From Ranitomeya imitator (Eukaryota): a DNA stretch of 64,000 nucleotides. Shown in pieces: positions 25,734 to 37,700 of the stretch (positions are counted from its first letter, which is position 1; every line of letters begins with the position of its first letter). The stretch lies in assembly GCF_032444005.1 (NCBI RefSeq), contig NC_091284.1, positions 386,384,001-386,448,000 of the forward strand, in the 5' to 3' direction. The position numbers and the translations under genes are program-made. Under the pieces are notes generated by a model. It was not told where the DNA came from. It did no database searches and saw nothing but the letters and a program-made list of their open reading frames with translations.

Positions 25734-26529
25734 TGTTATGACCTGGTGGTTAGGAGCACCCGGAATGACCTGATAGTTAAAACTCACACAGGACAAGCTC
25801 TGGGATGTGGGAGCTCTGCTGACCGCAATCCCTAATCCTATCACACACACTAGAAATAGCCGTGGAGCGCTCCTGATGCTCCCTAGGCGCCTCGTCACAG
25901 CCTAAGAGCTAGCTAGCCCTAGAGATAAAAAATAAAGCCTACCTTGCCTCAGAGAAATTCCCCAAAGGAAAAGGCAGCCCCCCACATATATTGACTTTGA
26001 GTAAAGATGAAAGTCACAAACGCAGAAATGAAACAGGTTTCAGCAAAGGGAGGCCAGACTTACTAAACAGACAGAGGATAGGAAAGGTAGCTTTGTAATC
26101 AGCACAAAAAACTACAAAAGACCACGCAGAGTGTGCAAAAAAGACCTCCGCACCGACTAACGGTGCGGAGATGCCACTCTGCATCCCAGAGCTTCCAGCT
26201 AGCAAGACAAAATCAGGATATCCAGCTGGACAAGAAAACAATGAACGAATTAGATACTATCAGGAACTTAGCTTCTGATGGAGTAGACAGGTCACCAGAA
26301 AGATCCAAGAGCGAACTGAACCAATGCAGAAACATTGACAGCTGGCATGGAGTAACAATCTAAGTGGAGTTAAATAGAGCAGCCAACCAAAGGATAAACC
26401 ACGTCACCTGTGTAAGGAACCTCAGAAGTAGCAGCTCCACTCACAGCCACCAGAGGGAGCCCACGGACAGAACTCACTGAAGTACCATTCACGACCACAG
26501 GAGGGAGCTCGACAACAGAATTCACAACA
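25734..26529. mobile_element. Solo LTR (796 bp)
   Basis: TGTTATG...CACAACA termini flanked by the direct repeat CTCCGC (25728-25733 / 26530-26535). Confidence 0.85.
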
Positions 26530-27951
26530 CTCCGCTATCTTGTAACCGCAACTTCTGACTCACCAGAAGTCAGAGTTCACAGTAACAATCTCTCAGTGCA
26601 AGCCTTTGAGAGCCTCGTTCTGGCTCTCATAGACTTACACTGAGTTGTGACCTCTGGCTGGCCCAACAAACACTGAAGCGATGCTACAGGTCACAAACAA
26701 TGCAATGGAAAAAACCCTGCTGGTGTGGTGCTTTAAAAACTTGGTGCAAATCCATTAATAGAAGCTGGTCCCTTGTTCAGGATGTTCATCTTCTGCTGTA
26801 GAGGAACTGCCATGTCATGTATTCCACATTCAAAAGACTGATTTTCATTTTGAGAAACAGAATGCTGTGATGAAGGCTGCATTAACAAGTGGGCAAAAGT
26901 TCATAAAGAAGGATAACCTGTAATATTTACTTGTGAGTGCAACAAATTCAAAAAATGAGAACAGTCCCTTTAATAACGAAAACATTGCATGTTACATGCA
27001 GAGTCAGTATTAATCTCAACTTAACAGTGGCAGGCTTCATGTTGGTCGCTTTACTGTTGGCAGCCTCTGTTGCCTTAACATGCTACCATGGACTGCCCAT
27101 TTGGCACATTATTGGTCGGCAATTGTAAAGGAAGCTGCCAGCAGAGGATCTTGATGAAGACCGAGTGCATTCAGCATGCAGAGTATTCCTCAGGCAAGCA
27201 CTAATAACCTCATTAATAGTATGCCAAAGCTTGTTTGTGTGGGTATTTCTTTGCATGGCACTCATACATGATTCTGATTAAGTTGAGATGTCTTGAAAAT
27301 TTTATTTCCATTTTCTCTTTATTTGAACAACATTAGCACATCTGTCGATCCTGTGATTTCCATAATTCCAAAATAATTCCATAATATTCATACTTAAGGT
27401 TAAAAGTACAGTAGCCCAAATATGTAAGCATATCAGAATTAGTATCAATAGGTATTCGTGCGGAAACATTAGACTTTCATTGTGTGGGTTGTCTTTTATT
27501 ATACATTTGGCACATTTACTGTATGTGCGAATACCTTTTTTGCATAATCAAAACTAAAAGCAAAAATATGCAGTTGAGCAGCCATTTTTTTTTTTTTTTT
27601 TCAGTGGTATGGCTCAAATATTGGAAGTTCTTTTCATAGTCCAAAGATTCGGACAAACAGCAGACAACTAAATGTTGACTTGGCCCTGTGGCCTAATACT
27701 AAGAATTCGTAAATGTTGGTATTCTGATAATCTTTTATGTGTTTATGCCTTTATGTAAGTTAAGTTTTTTTTATATTTCAGTATAGTTGTGTGCCATAAA
27801 GAAGTTGTCCACTACTTGGAAAACTTCTTGTCCTACCACTCGCTTGTCCCCCATAAAATAATAAAGCCTATACCAACCTCCCATGGTGGCGCTGTTCCCG
27901 TGGTGTCGGCACTTGCTCTCCCAGGGCTCCCGCGCTGTTGTTGTGAGACGT

Positions 27952-28325
27952 TAGAGGGAAAAGGCGTGCACTCTGTAGAATGGAGCTGGTGCTGGCTGAA
28001 CCTGGACAGTACAATCATAAATTCGGGCAAACAACCGCACTCAGACAATTTTTTGCATCAGAGATGTGAAGTATTTATTGAGTAACACCACAGTGGTCAA
28101 TAGAGTTCTGAGGTAACGTTTCGACCTGAAAGGTCTTTCTCAAACCTCACTTAGTGAATAGTGATGGAGGAAAGAGGAGGAGGACGATACTTGTCCGAAA
28201 GATGGAGACAGAGGCTCCACAAATGGTCCAGAGAACAGGAGTATGAAGGTCCGGAACGGCACGGACAGGGCGCAGTGTCCCTAAAAGCACTGTGGGTCCA
28301 GCAGGGAGGAAGGAGGCGGTAGTAG
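27952..28325 (-). mobile_element. Short non-coding retroposed insert (PLE-like) with 12-bp TSD and a hammerhead-like motif
   Basis: TSD GTTGTGAGACGT at 27940-27951 and 28326-28337; hammerhead-like fold at 28109-28149. Confidence 0.7.
28109..28149 (-). ncRNA. Degenerate minimal hammerhead-like motif
   Basis: UGAGG-UUUGAGAAA-GACC(uuuca)GGUC-GAA-ACGU-UA-CCUCA. Stems I and II pair and stem III is palindromic, but the core deviates from CUGANGA. Confidence 0.5.
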
Positions 28326-30279
28326 GTTGTGAGACGTGACACCGGTTCCCAATTAGCTCCTGCATCACTGTCCCCGCCTCCTGTCAAATTAAGCATGAAG
28401 AGGAAGTCAGAGACCAGCTGTTGCCCAGACTCCCTCTTCATGTTTGATTTGTCTGAAAGCAGAGACAGTGATGCCAGCACTGATTGGGCACCCAATCAAA
28501 AACCACATGACAGCCCCCGGGAGAATGAGTGCCGACACCGCTGGAACAGCGCTGACACGGGAGGTGAGTATAGGCTTTATTAGTTTATGGGGACCAAACA
28601 TTTTATTCAAAAAGGGGTTGTCCTAGTAGTGGACAACCCTTTTAAATCCTTCTTGGGATAGAAGGAAGAAGATGATGAATACAAGCTATACGTTTACTAG
28701 AATCATGTTATAAATTAAATTAAATGACTAAAATAATTTACATACTTGCAAATAGCGACTTTTTATTACTTGGTAGTGTCAAGCTTGCAGTAGAGAACCC
28801 AATAATTGAGAGGCTACCTAATATGTGATGGATCTTAGGAAATACCTTCTAGCAAAGGAATTACCATAAAATAAGGGCTTATTAAAATAGCATCTTTTCT
28901 GTGCTATTATAGAAAATGGCAATCTGATTGGGTCAAGTTCTTTTTAATCTTCTGTTGCATCCTAAGTTTTTGAGCTCTCTAGGGCAGCTGTTGAAAAATA
29001 AACAACGGCAGGGACCGCAGTGATGAGCCAAGGGTGGATTCATTTGTCCACCGAAAGCAAACAATTACTTAATCTAACAATAGTATCGCTCTCCTTCTTC
29101 ACCCATGGGTAACAAGTTGTTTATTTCTGCAGTTCTTGGCATCTGTATTTCCAGGAGAAGTGAATAAAAAGCAAGCGGCAGGTGTGCCTTTTGAGCCCTG
29201 CCAAGCTTCTCAGTTTCGCCCTCTCATATGAATCTTGACAGATGACTGTACGCAGAATACGGATGTCCTGGTAGTCAGACATGAAGAGGCTTTGAATTTG
29301 AAATACTTTGCAATTATTTCTCCCTTCATTCGTCCACCTCAATTCACATAGGTAATACTATCTCTGAGAGCTGACATTCTTAGTTTAGTTTAAGATAGAC
29401 ACACAGGGTTGCATTTACAAATAACTGCTGATCTATGAGTTTTACCTAATGTAGGTGAAAGGCAACACTTTTTCCAAATATAAAAATTATAAAAATGCAA
29501 TACCATGCACAATAGAACCGCAGCCTTCATTGCTCCAGATGAGCATTAGTTATTACTCTTAGGGCTCATACTCATCTGCGAGGAAAATGGACAAGTATAT
29601 CACTTGGATAGCATTCTGACCAATGTTAATCTATGACTCCCTACGCATCTGCAATGTCTTTCTCAGCTCAGATCGGGATGAGAAAAAAATTGCAGCATAT
29701 TGTGATTGTCCTCGTATCTTGGATGAGACTTGCCAATGCAAGTCAATGGGTGTGAGAAAAAAATTGCACGGAACTCGGACCATGTGAGCACCGTCCAATT
29801 TTTACTCACCCATCTCCTTTGAAAAGCCGGCAATTCATCTGCCGCGTACATTAAAATCAGAACGTGACTCAACAAAGCAGAATAGATAGTATAGACATAT
29901 ACACATAGAATATATATATATATATATATATATCAGTCACATATATAATTAATACAGTGCTTGTCTAGCTTACTGTACATGTTTTTTTCTTACTTAGTTA
30001 TTTTATGAGACAAATGGCATGGGATCCTCTGACATTTTATTAACCAGCAGAGTGAAAGCAAACAGCTGGGAGCAGATGCTTATAGCCTGGGAAGGGGGTA
30101 ATACTCATGGAGCTCCTCAGGCTATTAATAGCAGCTCACAGCTGTATGCTTAGCCTTTTCTATTTATTCAATTGCGGGGCCCCCAAAAAATGACGGTAGT
30201 GCCCCCTATAATTAATAACCAGCAAAGGCTAGGCAGGCAGCTGCAGGTTAATATTAATAGCCTAGGAAGAGGTCATGGA

Positions 30280-30414
30280 TAGGGTTGAGCGAAACGGATC
30301 GGCCAATTTCAAAAGTCGACGACTTTTGGCAAAGTCGGATTTCGTGAAACCCCACCCGATCCCACTGTGGCATTGGGTCGGCGGTGTGCGATCTTTGCTC
30401 CAAAGTCGGGTTCC

Positions 30415-30475
<61 letters not shown>

Positions 30476-32484
30476 CATTGAGACACACACATATATATAT
30501 ATTTATATTTACTTCAGCGCGATATTGCAGAAAAGCCAGTAATTCAATTGCCGGCTTTTCATTTCTCCTTCCTAAACCCGACATGATATGAGACATGGTT
30601 TACATACAGTAAACCATGTCATATCCCCAATTTTTTTGCATATTCCACACTAATAATGTTAGTAGTGTATATGTGCAAAATTTGGGCGCTGTAGCTATTA
30701 AATTTAAGGGTTAAATCGCGGAAAAAATTGGCGTGGGCTCCTGCGCAATTTTCTCCACCAGAGTGGTAAAGCCAGTGACTGAGGGCAGATATTAATAGCC
30801 TGGAGAGGGTCCATGGTTATTGCCCCCCCTGGCAAAAAACATCTGTCCCCAGCCACCCCAGAAAAGGCACATCTGTAAGATTCACCTATTCGGGCACTTG
30901 GCCACTCTCTTCCCATTCCCGTGTAGCGGTGGGATATGGGATAATGAAGGGTTAATGTCACCTTGCTATTGTAAGGTGACATTAAGCCAGATTAATAATG
31001 GAGAGGCGTCAATTCTGACACCTATCCATTATTAATCCAATTGTATGAAATGGTTAAAAAACACACACACATTATTACAAAGTCTTTTAATGAAATAAAG
31101 ACACAGGTTGTTGTAATATTTTATTAGACTCTTAATCCACCTGAAGACCCTCGCTCTGTAACAAAGGAAAAATAAAAAAACAACAATATCCCATACCTTC
31201 CGATGATCTGTCATGTCCCACGCTGTAAATCCATCTGAAGGAGTTAAATAATTTTACACCCAGGAGCTCTGCTAATGCAGCTGTGCTCGTGGCTGTAAAA
31301 CCCCAGAGAATGAATGGAAAGTAGGTCAATGACCTGTAGTTACCTTCATTCGCGGTGATGCGCCCTCTGCTGGATGTCCTCATATGACCTCGAGTGTGGG
31401 AAAATATTCAGAAAAGTTCCCAGGCTCGAGTTCATATGAGGACATCCAGCAGAGGGCGCATCACCGCGAATGAAGGTAACTACCGGTCCTTGACCTACTT
31501 TCCATTCATTCGCTGGGGTTTTAAAGGCACGAGCACAGCTGCATTATAGCAGAGCTCCTGGCTGTAAAATAATTTAACCCCTTCAGATGGATTTACATCG
31601 TGGGACATATCGACGGAAGGTATGAGATATTGTTGGTTTATTATTTTTAATTTGTTACAGGTCGAGGGTCTTCAGGTGGATTGAGAGTGCAATAAAATAT
31701 TACAACAACCTGTGTGTTTATTTCATTAAAATACTTTGCAATATTGTGTGTGTGTTTTTAACCATTTCATGCTATTGGATTAATAATGGATAGGTGTCAG
31801 AATTGACGCCTCTCCATTATTAATCTGGCTTAATTTCACCTTACAATAGCAAGGTGACATTAACCCTTCATTACCCCATATCCCACCGCTACACGGGAAT
31901 GGGAAGAGAGTGGCCAAGTGCCAGAATAGGTGCATCTTACAGATGTGCCTTTTCTGGGGTGGCTGGGGGTAGATGTTTTTAGCCAGGGGGGGGGGGCAAT
32001 AACCATGGACCCTCTCCAGGCTCTTAATATCTGCCCTCAGTCACTGGCTTTACCACTCTGGAGGAGAAAATTGCGCGAGAGCCCACGCCAATTTTTTCCG
32101 CGATTTAACCCTTAAATTTAATAGCTACAGCGCCCAAATTTTGCACATACACACTACTAACATTAGTAGTGTGGAATATGCAAAAAAAATTGGGGATATG
32201 ACATGGTTTACTGTATGTAAACCATGTCTCATATCATGTCGGGTTTAGGAAGGAGAAATGAAAAGCCAGCAATTGAATTAACGGCTTTTCTGCAATATCG
32301 CGCTGAAGTAAATATAAATATATAGAGATTTCCCATTGACTTGTATTGGGTTTTGTGTTTCGGCCGACCCCCCGACCCCGACTTTTCAAGATAATCGGCC
32401 AATTTCACTCGACTCGACTTTTGAGAAAGTCGGGTTTCGCGAAACCCGACTCGACCTCAAAAAAGGAAAAGTCGCTCAACCCTA
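30280..32484. mobile_element. hAT MITE (2205 bp) forming an almost complete hairpin
   Basis: TAGGGTTGAGCGA.../...TCGCTCAACCCTA TIRs with an 8-bp TSD GTCATGGA (30272-30279 / 32485-32492). Arms are inverted about a centre near 31410. Confidence 0.9.
30419..30474. repeat. (TA)28 microsatellite inside the hAT MITE
   Basis: Direct reading. Confidence 0.95.
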
Positions 32485-33573
32485 GTCATGGATATTGGCC
32501 CTATCCCAGGCTAAAAACATCAGCTCTCTGCCAGAAATGGTGCATCCATAAAAGGCACCAAATGTAGCTCTTAGCCTTGCTCTTCCCACTTGCCCTGGTA
32601 CGGTGGCAAATGGGGTAATAGTTGGTAGAGTTGACAGTTTGGGGAGTTGATGTCACCTTTGTATTGTCAGGTGACATCAAGCCCAGAGGTTAGTAATGGA
32701 ATGTCGTACAAAAGATGCTCCCAATACTAACCCCATAGTCAAAATTGTCCAAAATAGACACAGAATAAAGTCCTTTATTTGAAATAATGACACACCATGT
32801 ATACTCACTGCAACACCCAATCCATTGGGTTATCTCCTGTAACAGAATAAAAATGATAACCATATTCCTCAAATATCTGCCAAGAAGATAATAATTTATC
32901 CATGATGCATCTAGCTCTGATACATTTAGATGGCAGGCTGCATTGTTGCATGATGCGACTACATAGTCTGCCATTCAGTAGAGACACTGAGCAGCACGCG
33001 CTTGTTCTCACAGCCAATGAACCCTGTTCAACTGACTCACGTCAGCGCAAGCGCCATGGGGAAACTTCTAATGGTGCTCATGCTGATGTGAGTTTAACTA
33101 AGTTCATTGGCTAAAAAACAAAACACCTATATACATGTCCTATATAAGGGCCATAATACTAGATAATAAACACCTACAAATAATGGCAACACCAGAAAGA
33201 ACCATATCATAAAAGGATATAACTTTATTGAACATAAAATAAATACAAAATATATAAAATACAAAGATATACTGCAGGTGAGGATCACATAAACAAGAAG
33301 GAAGAGGTAGATAACGCCTGGATAAAAGTCTATGTATAAACCACAGCTGACCTGTCACATAATAAATCCAAAAACAGAGTTGGAACAAAGTAAGGAGACC
33401 TTAATGTCTAATATGCCTATATACGTATGGAGAGCTACAACCAAAAACGTACACCAGTAAAGGCCGACAAAGGTCCTATGAATAGTATAAGATAGCATAT
33501 AACTAGTGACAACAACGTTACATTATGTACATATATTTACCAGATCAGGTGTAGGATAACCAGGCGTCCACCA

Positions 33574-33616
33574 CACCCGACGCGCGTTTCGCACTGAAAT
33601 GCTTCGTCCAGGGGTG
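33574..33616 (-). ncRNA. Minimal type I hammerhead ribozyme variant (copy 1)
   Basis: CACCC-CUGGACGAA-GCA(uuucag)UGC-GAA-ACGCGCGU-C-GGGUG; stem III is a palindrome. Confidence 0.72.
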
Positions 33617-33672
33617 GATAGACGCTGGTTTCATCCCTTTTTATATTGCAATAGGCCATAGGAACCGAAAAA

Positions 33673-33706
33673 CCGGAAACCGGAAGTAGATCTGGGCGCA
33701 TGCGCA
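33673..33706. promoter_or_regulatory. Putative PLE internal promoter: tandem ETS (CCGGAA, CCGGAAGT) and NRF1-like (GCGCATGCGCA) motifs in a CpG-rich patch; repeated in each unit
   Basis: Motifs read directly. They lie ~60-90 nt upstream of the hammerhead in the sense direction. Function is inferred. Confidence 0.5.
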
Positions 33707-34707
33707 CATAGCACAAGAGTTTCTTCATAATAAGTTGTCGCTCGGTATTCTTACTAATAATCACTGCGCAGTGTCTCTAAGTGATAAATAGCCGCCGTAT
33801 CCTATATACCGCCGCTACCGCCTGATGAAAAAATGAAGTGGCGGTAAGAAGAAGCGCCGTGTACAACTAAGTGCGGTCGTCATGGAAACCGAAGTCCCGC
33901 GATAGAAGATGTGAGCGCCGCGGCAGAAGCCCGGTGTCACCTGACAAGATCAAGTGATACAGTCACGTGAGGAAGGTAAGTAAACAACCATAGAAGTGTA
34001 CTAGAGACCGCAGACCAAGAAGAAGTTTTAGTACCGCAGAGAAAAAAGACGGAACCTAGAAAAAAAGAAAAAATGGAAGGAATGCACATAATAAATTAGA
34101 TAACAAACACAAGGATGACATACAACTTAGTGCTTATAACCAAATAATGGTAAGAATAATACAAAAAAACATATAAGTGTTATACTAACAGCCATCAACT
34201 AACTGCTATGCAGCAGAGCAATGGATAAAAAGGTGTACATATATATAATATAATCGAAATATAAAATTGGACATATACATATATATAAAACTACATACAC
34301 ATATACATATCACATAAAATTAGTGTAAACAACCTATGTATAAATAAATACGTATGTAAAAGTGCTGAGTGCTGCAGATGTCGGAGAACAAAAGTGACGA
34401 GTGCTTCAAACAGACGCCATCATATATAGGTAGAAGGTGAAAATGAAGATATCATCCTTGATAAGTGGAAGATGGAATAACGATGGCAACAAAATAAATA
34501 TCTAAAAGAATAGTAAATAAATATATATAAATATATGCATTCCAAAAGGGGAGAGAAAAAAAAAAAAACCAACATCAAAAAATCACAACAGCTCAAAGAG
34601 GATAAAAGAGAATTTAATGAGATTAAAAAAATAAAACAATGATTAAAAACACGAAGCAAGAAGAACTAGTGGAAAAATTGGTAACAGAACGACTGATGGA
34701 AGGTTCA

Positions 34708-37700
34708 TTACAAGAATGGTTGAAAACTGTTATGATCATTTAATCCATATGGTGAAATTGTGTTTAATTTAAAAATCCATTTTGTCTCCTTTTGGGCCAA
34801 TAGGCGTTTCCAGTTACCCCCACGTGGCCCAATGAAAACCCTATCAATGCCCCTAAATAAAAGTCCAGTGGGATCACATTGATGTTTTTCTTTGAAATGT
34901 CGTGGGATTGGCTTCAGAATTGTCAGATCATCACTGGTCTTGGCCCCTTCAATGTCTAGTATATGCTCCCGAATACGCCTCCTAAACTCCCTTGATGTCA
35001 TACCAACATATACAAGGCCACAGCCACAAGTGGCATGGTATATGACTGCTTTTGTAGTGCAGTTAATAGTGTGGGTGATGGTATATTGCTCAGTTGCATC
35101 CGAATTCATGAAATCCTTCGTTTTAACTACATTTTTGCATGCCACACACTTACCACAAGGTGAGCAGCCCCAAGCCGGGCCTTTGGATCCAAAGATAAAT
35201 TTGGTATTCTCACCCTTGTGGTAGCTGTGGACTAGATGATCACGTAAATTACGTGCCCTTCTATAGGTCACAGCAGGGGTAACCCCAACTATATTCGATA
35301 GGGTCTTATCAAGTGATAGGATGGACCAGTGTTTCTGAAGAATCTCATAAACCTCCTCACTCCGGGAATTAAAATCCAGGATACATCTTACCTTTGTGTC
35401 AAAGGTCTTGGTCTTCGTGGGTTTATTTCTCAATAAATGACATCGATTGCTTAGACGAGCTCTTGTGTATGCTTGACATAAATTCATCTTGCCATATCCA
35501 CGTTCCATGAATCTGTGCTGAAGGTCCCCGGCCTGTCTTTCAAAAAAGAGATCATTAGAGCAGATTCTCCTGGCTCTTAGAAACTGTCCAGTAGGGATGT
35601 TTCTCAGCAAGTGTCTAGGGTGTTGGGACGTAGCATGTAGCAAAGTATTGGCTGCTGTCTTTTTCCTAAACAGGTCTGTCTGAATACTGCCCATTTGATC
35701 GACTTGGATTAAGATGTCTAAGAATTCGATGTGTTGATTGCTACATTGATATGTCAATTTTAGATTTAAACAATTATCATTCAGATGTTTAAAGAAGGTG
35801 TCTAGGTCACTTTGTGTGCCTTGCCAAATTAGAAGCACATCATCAATGTAGCGCCACCATGCTACAACTCCAGAACACATAGGTATAGGATTAGACTGAA
35901 AAATGTCCCTCTCCCACAGCCCCAGGAAGAGATTTGCATATGAGGGCGCACAAGACGCCCCCATTGCAGTCCCCTGGAGCTGTAGGTAGAGGGACTCCTT
36001 AAAAAGGAAAAAATTATGTGTCAAAATAAAGTTTAAAGCTGTCAGAAGGAAATCACAGAGTGCCCCATCCAGACCACTCACGTTGAGAAAAAATTGTGTG
36101 GCACGAATACCGTCCTCATGTCGAATAGATGAGTATAAAGACTCAACATCACATGTTACAAGTAGCATGTCAGATTCCAGATGTATGCCGTCAAGTTTCC
36201 TGAGAACATCAGTTGTATCCTTCAGGAAGGATGGCAAAGTTTCCACCAAAGGTTTTAAATAGTGGTCTATTAATCTACATAAAGGGTCACATAAGTTGTT
36301 AATTCCAGATACAATTGGTCTACCTGGTGGACTGACCGGGTCCTTATGTACTTTAGGTAATAGGTAGATCACTGCCACATTAGGTTCGTTGATCAGTAGA
36401 CCTTCCATCTGTTTACAGGTGAGTATACCATCGTTCACAGCTTTTGACAACAACTCTTTTAACTCAGACCTGAATTTGGACATAGGGTTAAACGTTAGTC
36501 GACGATAACACACAATATTGTTAATTTGTCTATACATTTCTTTCTCGTATAATTCAACAGGCCAGATAACCACATTACCCCCTTTATCGGAGGGTTTTAT
36601 AACCACGTCTTTCCTATCCTCTAGTTCTTTGAGAGCCGTCCTTTCACCCTTTGTGAGGTTATCCCTTTTAATTGTTTTTGGGATATCCTCAAGGTCCCTC
36701 ATCACCATTCTGATGAATAGGTCAATCTCAGGATATGTAGAAGTCTGTGGAAATTTTGTAGATTTAGGGAGAAGATGTGAAGGATACTCACCATTACCTT
36801 TTCCAGATTCAGATTCCCTTGCCAGGTCTTCCAGTGTTTCAAGGACTTGTGTATCCGAAATCGTCGCTGTCATTGATACATCTTCCTGTTGATGGAACAT
36901 TTTCTTAAAGGTTAGCTTCCTAGCAAATAATTGTAGATCCTTTGTCACCGAGAACCTATCAAATCTTGATGCAGGGGAAAAAGACAGGCCGAGGCTCAGC
37001 ACCGAAATGTGGTCAGAAGACAATGGTATTTTAGATAGGTTAATTACCTTGGATGATGTACCAGGTATATTTGTTTCCTCATAACGGACTTTTCCATTTT
37101 GCTTCCTTTCACGTGGTCCACGGTTGTGTTCATATCTCCGCCTATTGTACCTGATAGGATATCTCCTAGTACTGGCAGATGATGTTGTAGACATGCCAGT
37201 TAATGACGTGTCCGTAGAGTTTTTAACTGATACATCATTCTTCCCGGTCTTTTGATTGTTCCATCTGAACATGCGATTAGATTTTTTGTCCTCCAGGTCC
37301 CTTAGAAATTTTTTAGTTTTAGTGTTTGAGATCTGGTTTTCCCATTCAACTAGATTTTTCTCAACCTCCTTCTTGAACAATTCAATTTCCTCTTTAGAAC
37401 ACTCTAAATTTAATTTCTTTTGTACTTCGCCAATTTCCACCTCTAGTTCCTCTAACGTTTTTGTATTAAAATCAATGATTATCCCCATGAAAGAGGATGA
37501 ACATATATTGCATGCCGTCTCCCATCTGAGACGAAACTCATCATCCTCTATTTGGAAGGACGGAAAAACTTGAATCCTCAGCCCACGGGGAGTGAGACCC
37601 TTTTTAAGGTAATTTTCAAGTGACACCTTATTCCACCAAGTACGTGTTCTCCGATTCAGGAGATTCTTCAGGGTTTTCTTAAGGGCTGCCTTTTGAGCTG

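Larger units (their letters stand above)
27800..28641. mobile_element. Kolobok/T2-type MITE with inverted arms, interrupted by a 374-bp insertion
   Basis: ATAA|AGAAGTTGTCC ... GGACAACCCTT|TTAA; arms 27845-27935 and 28500-28595 are inverted homologues. Confidence 0.6.
29990..33112. mobile_element. Older palindromic hAT-family MITE (continues at 49431-49590) hosting both the 30280-32484 MITE and the PLE array
   Basis: 30130-30279 plus 32493-33050 is the reverse complement of the separate copy at 56230-57110, and 32927-32961 is inverted to 49551-49585. Outer boundary approximate. Confidence 0.6.

Noticed and set aside
27605-27708. Possible host exon (strong T-tract acceptor, GTAAAT donor, one open frame WYGSNIGSSFHSPKIRT..)
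   Set aside because: No partner exon or recognisable protein was found. The neighbouring candidate 26781-26932 is closed in all three frames. Needs RNA-seq or a homology search.
33816-33846. CTGATGA inside a TACCGCC/GGCGGTA hairpin, resembling a hammerhead core
   Set aside because: It is antisense to the ORF and lacks stem II, GAAA and a cleavage triplet.
34892-37573. 105-124-aa ORFs antisense to the PLE ORF, repeated in each unit
   Set aside because: Shadow ORFs of a long coding strand; the repetition only reflects unit identity.
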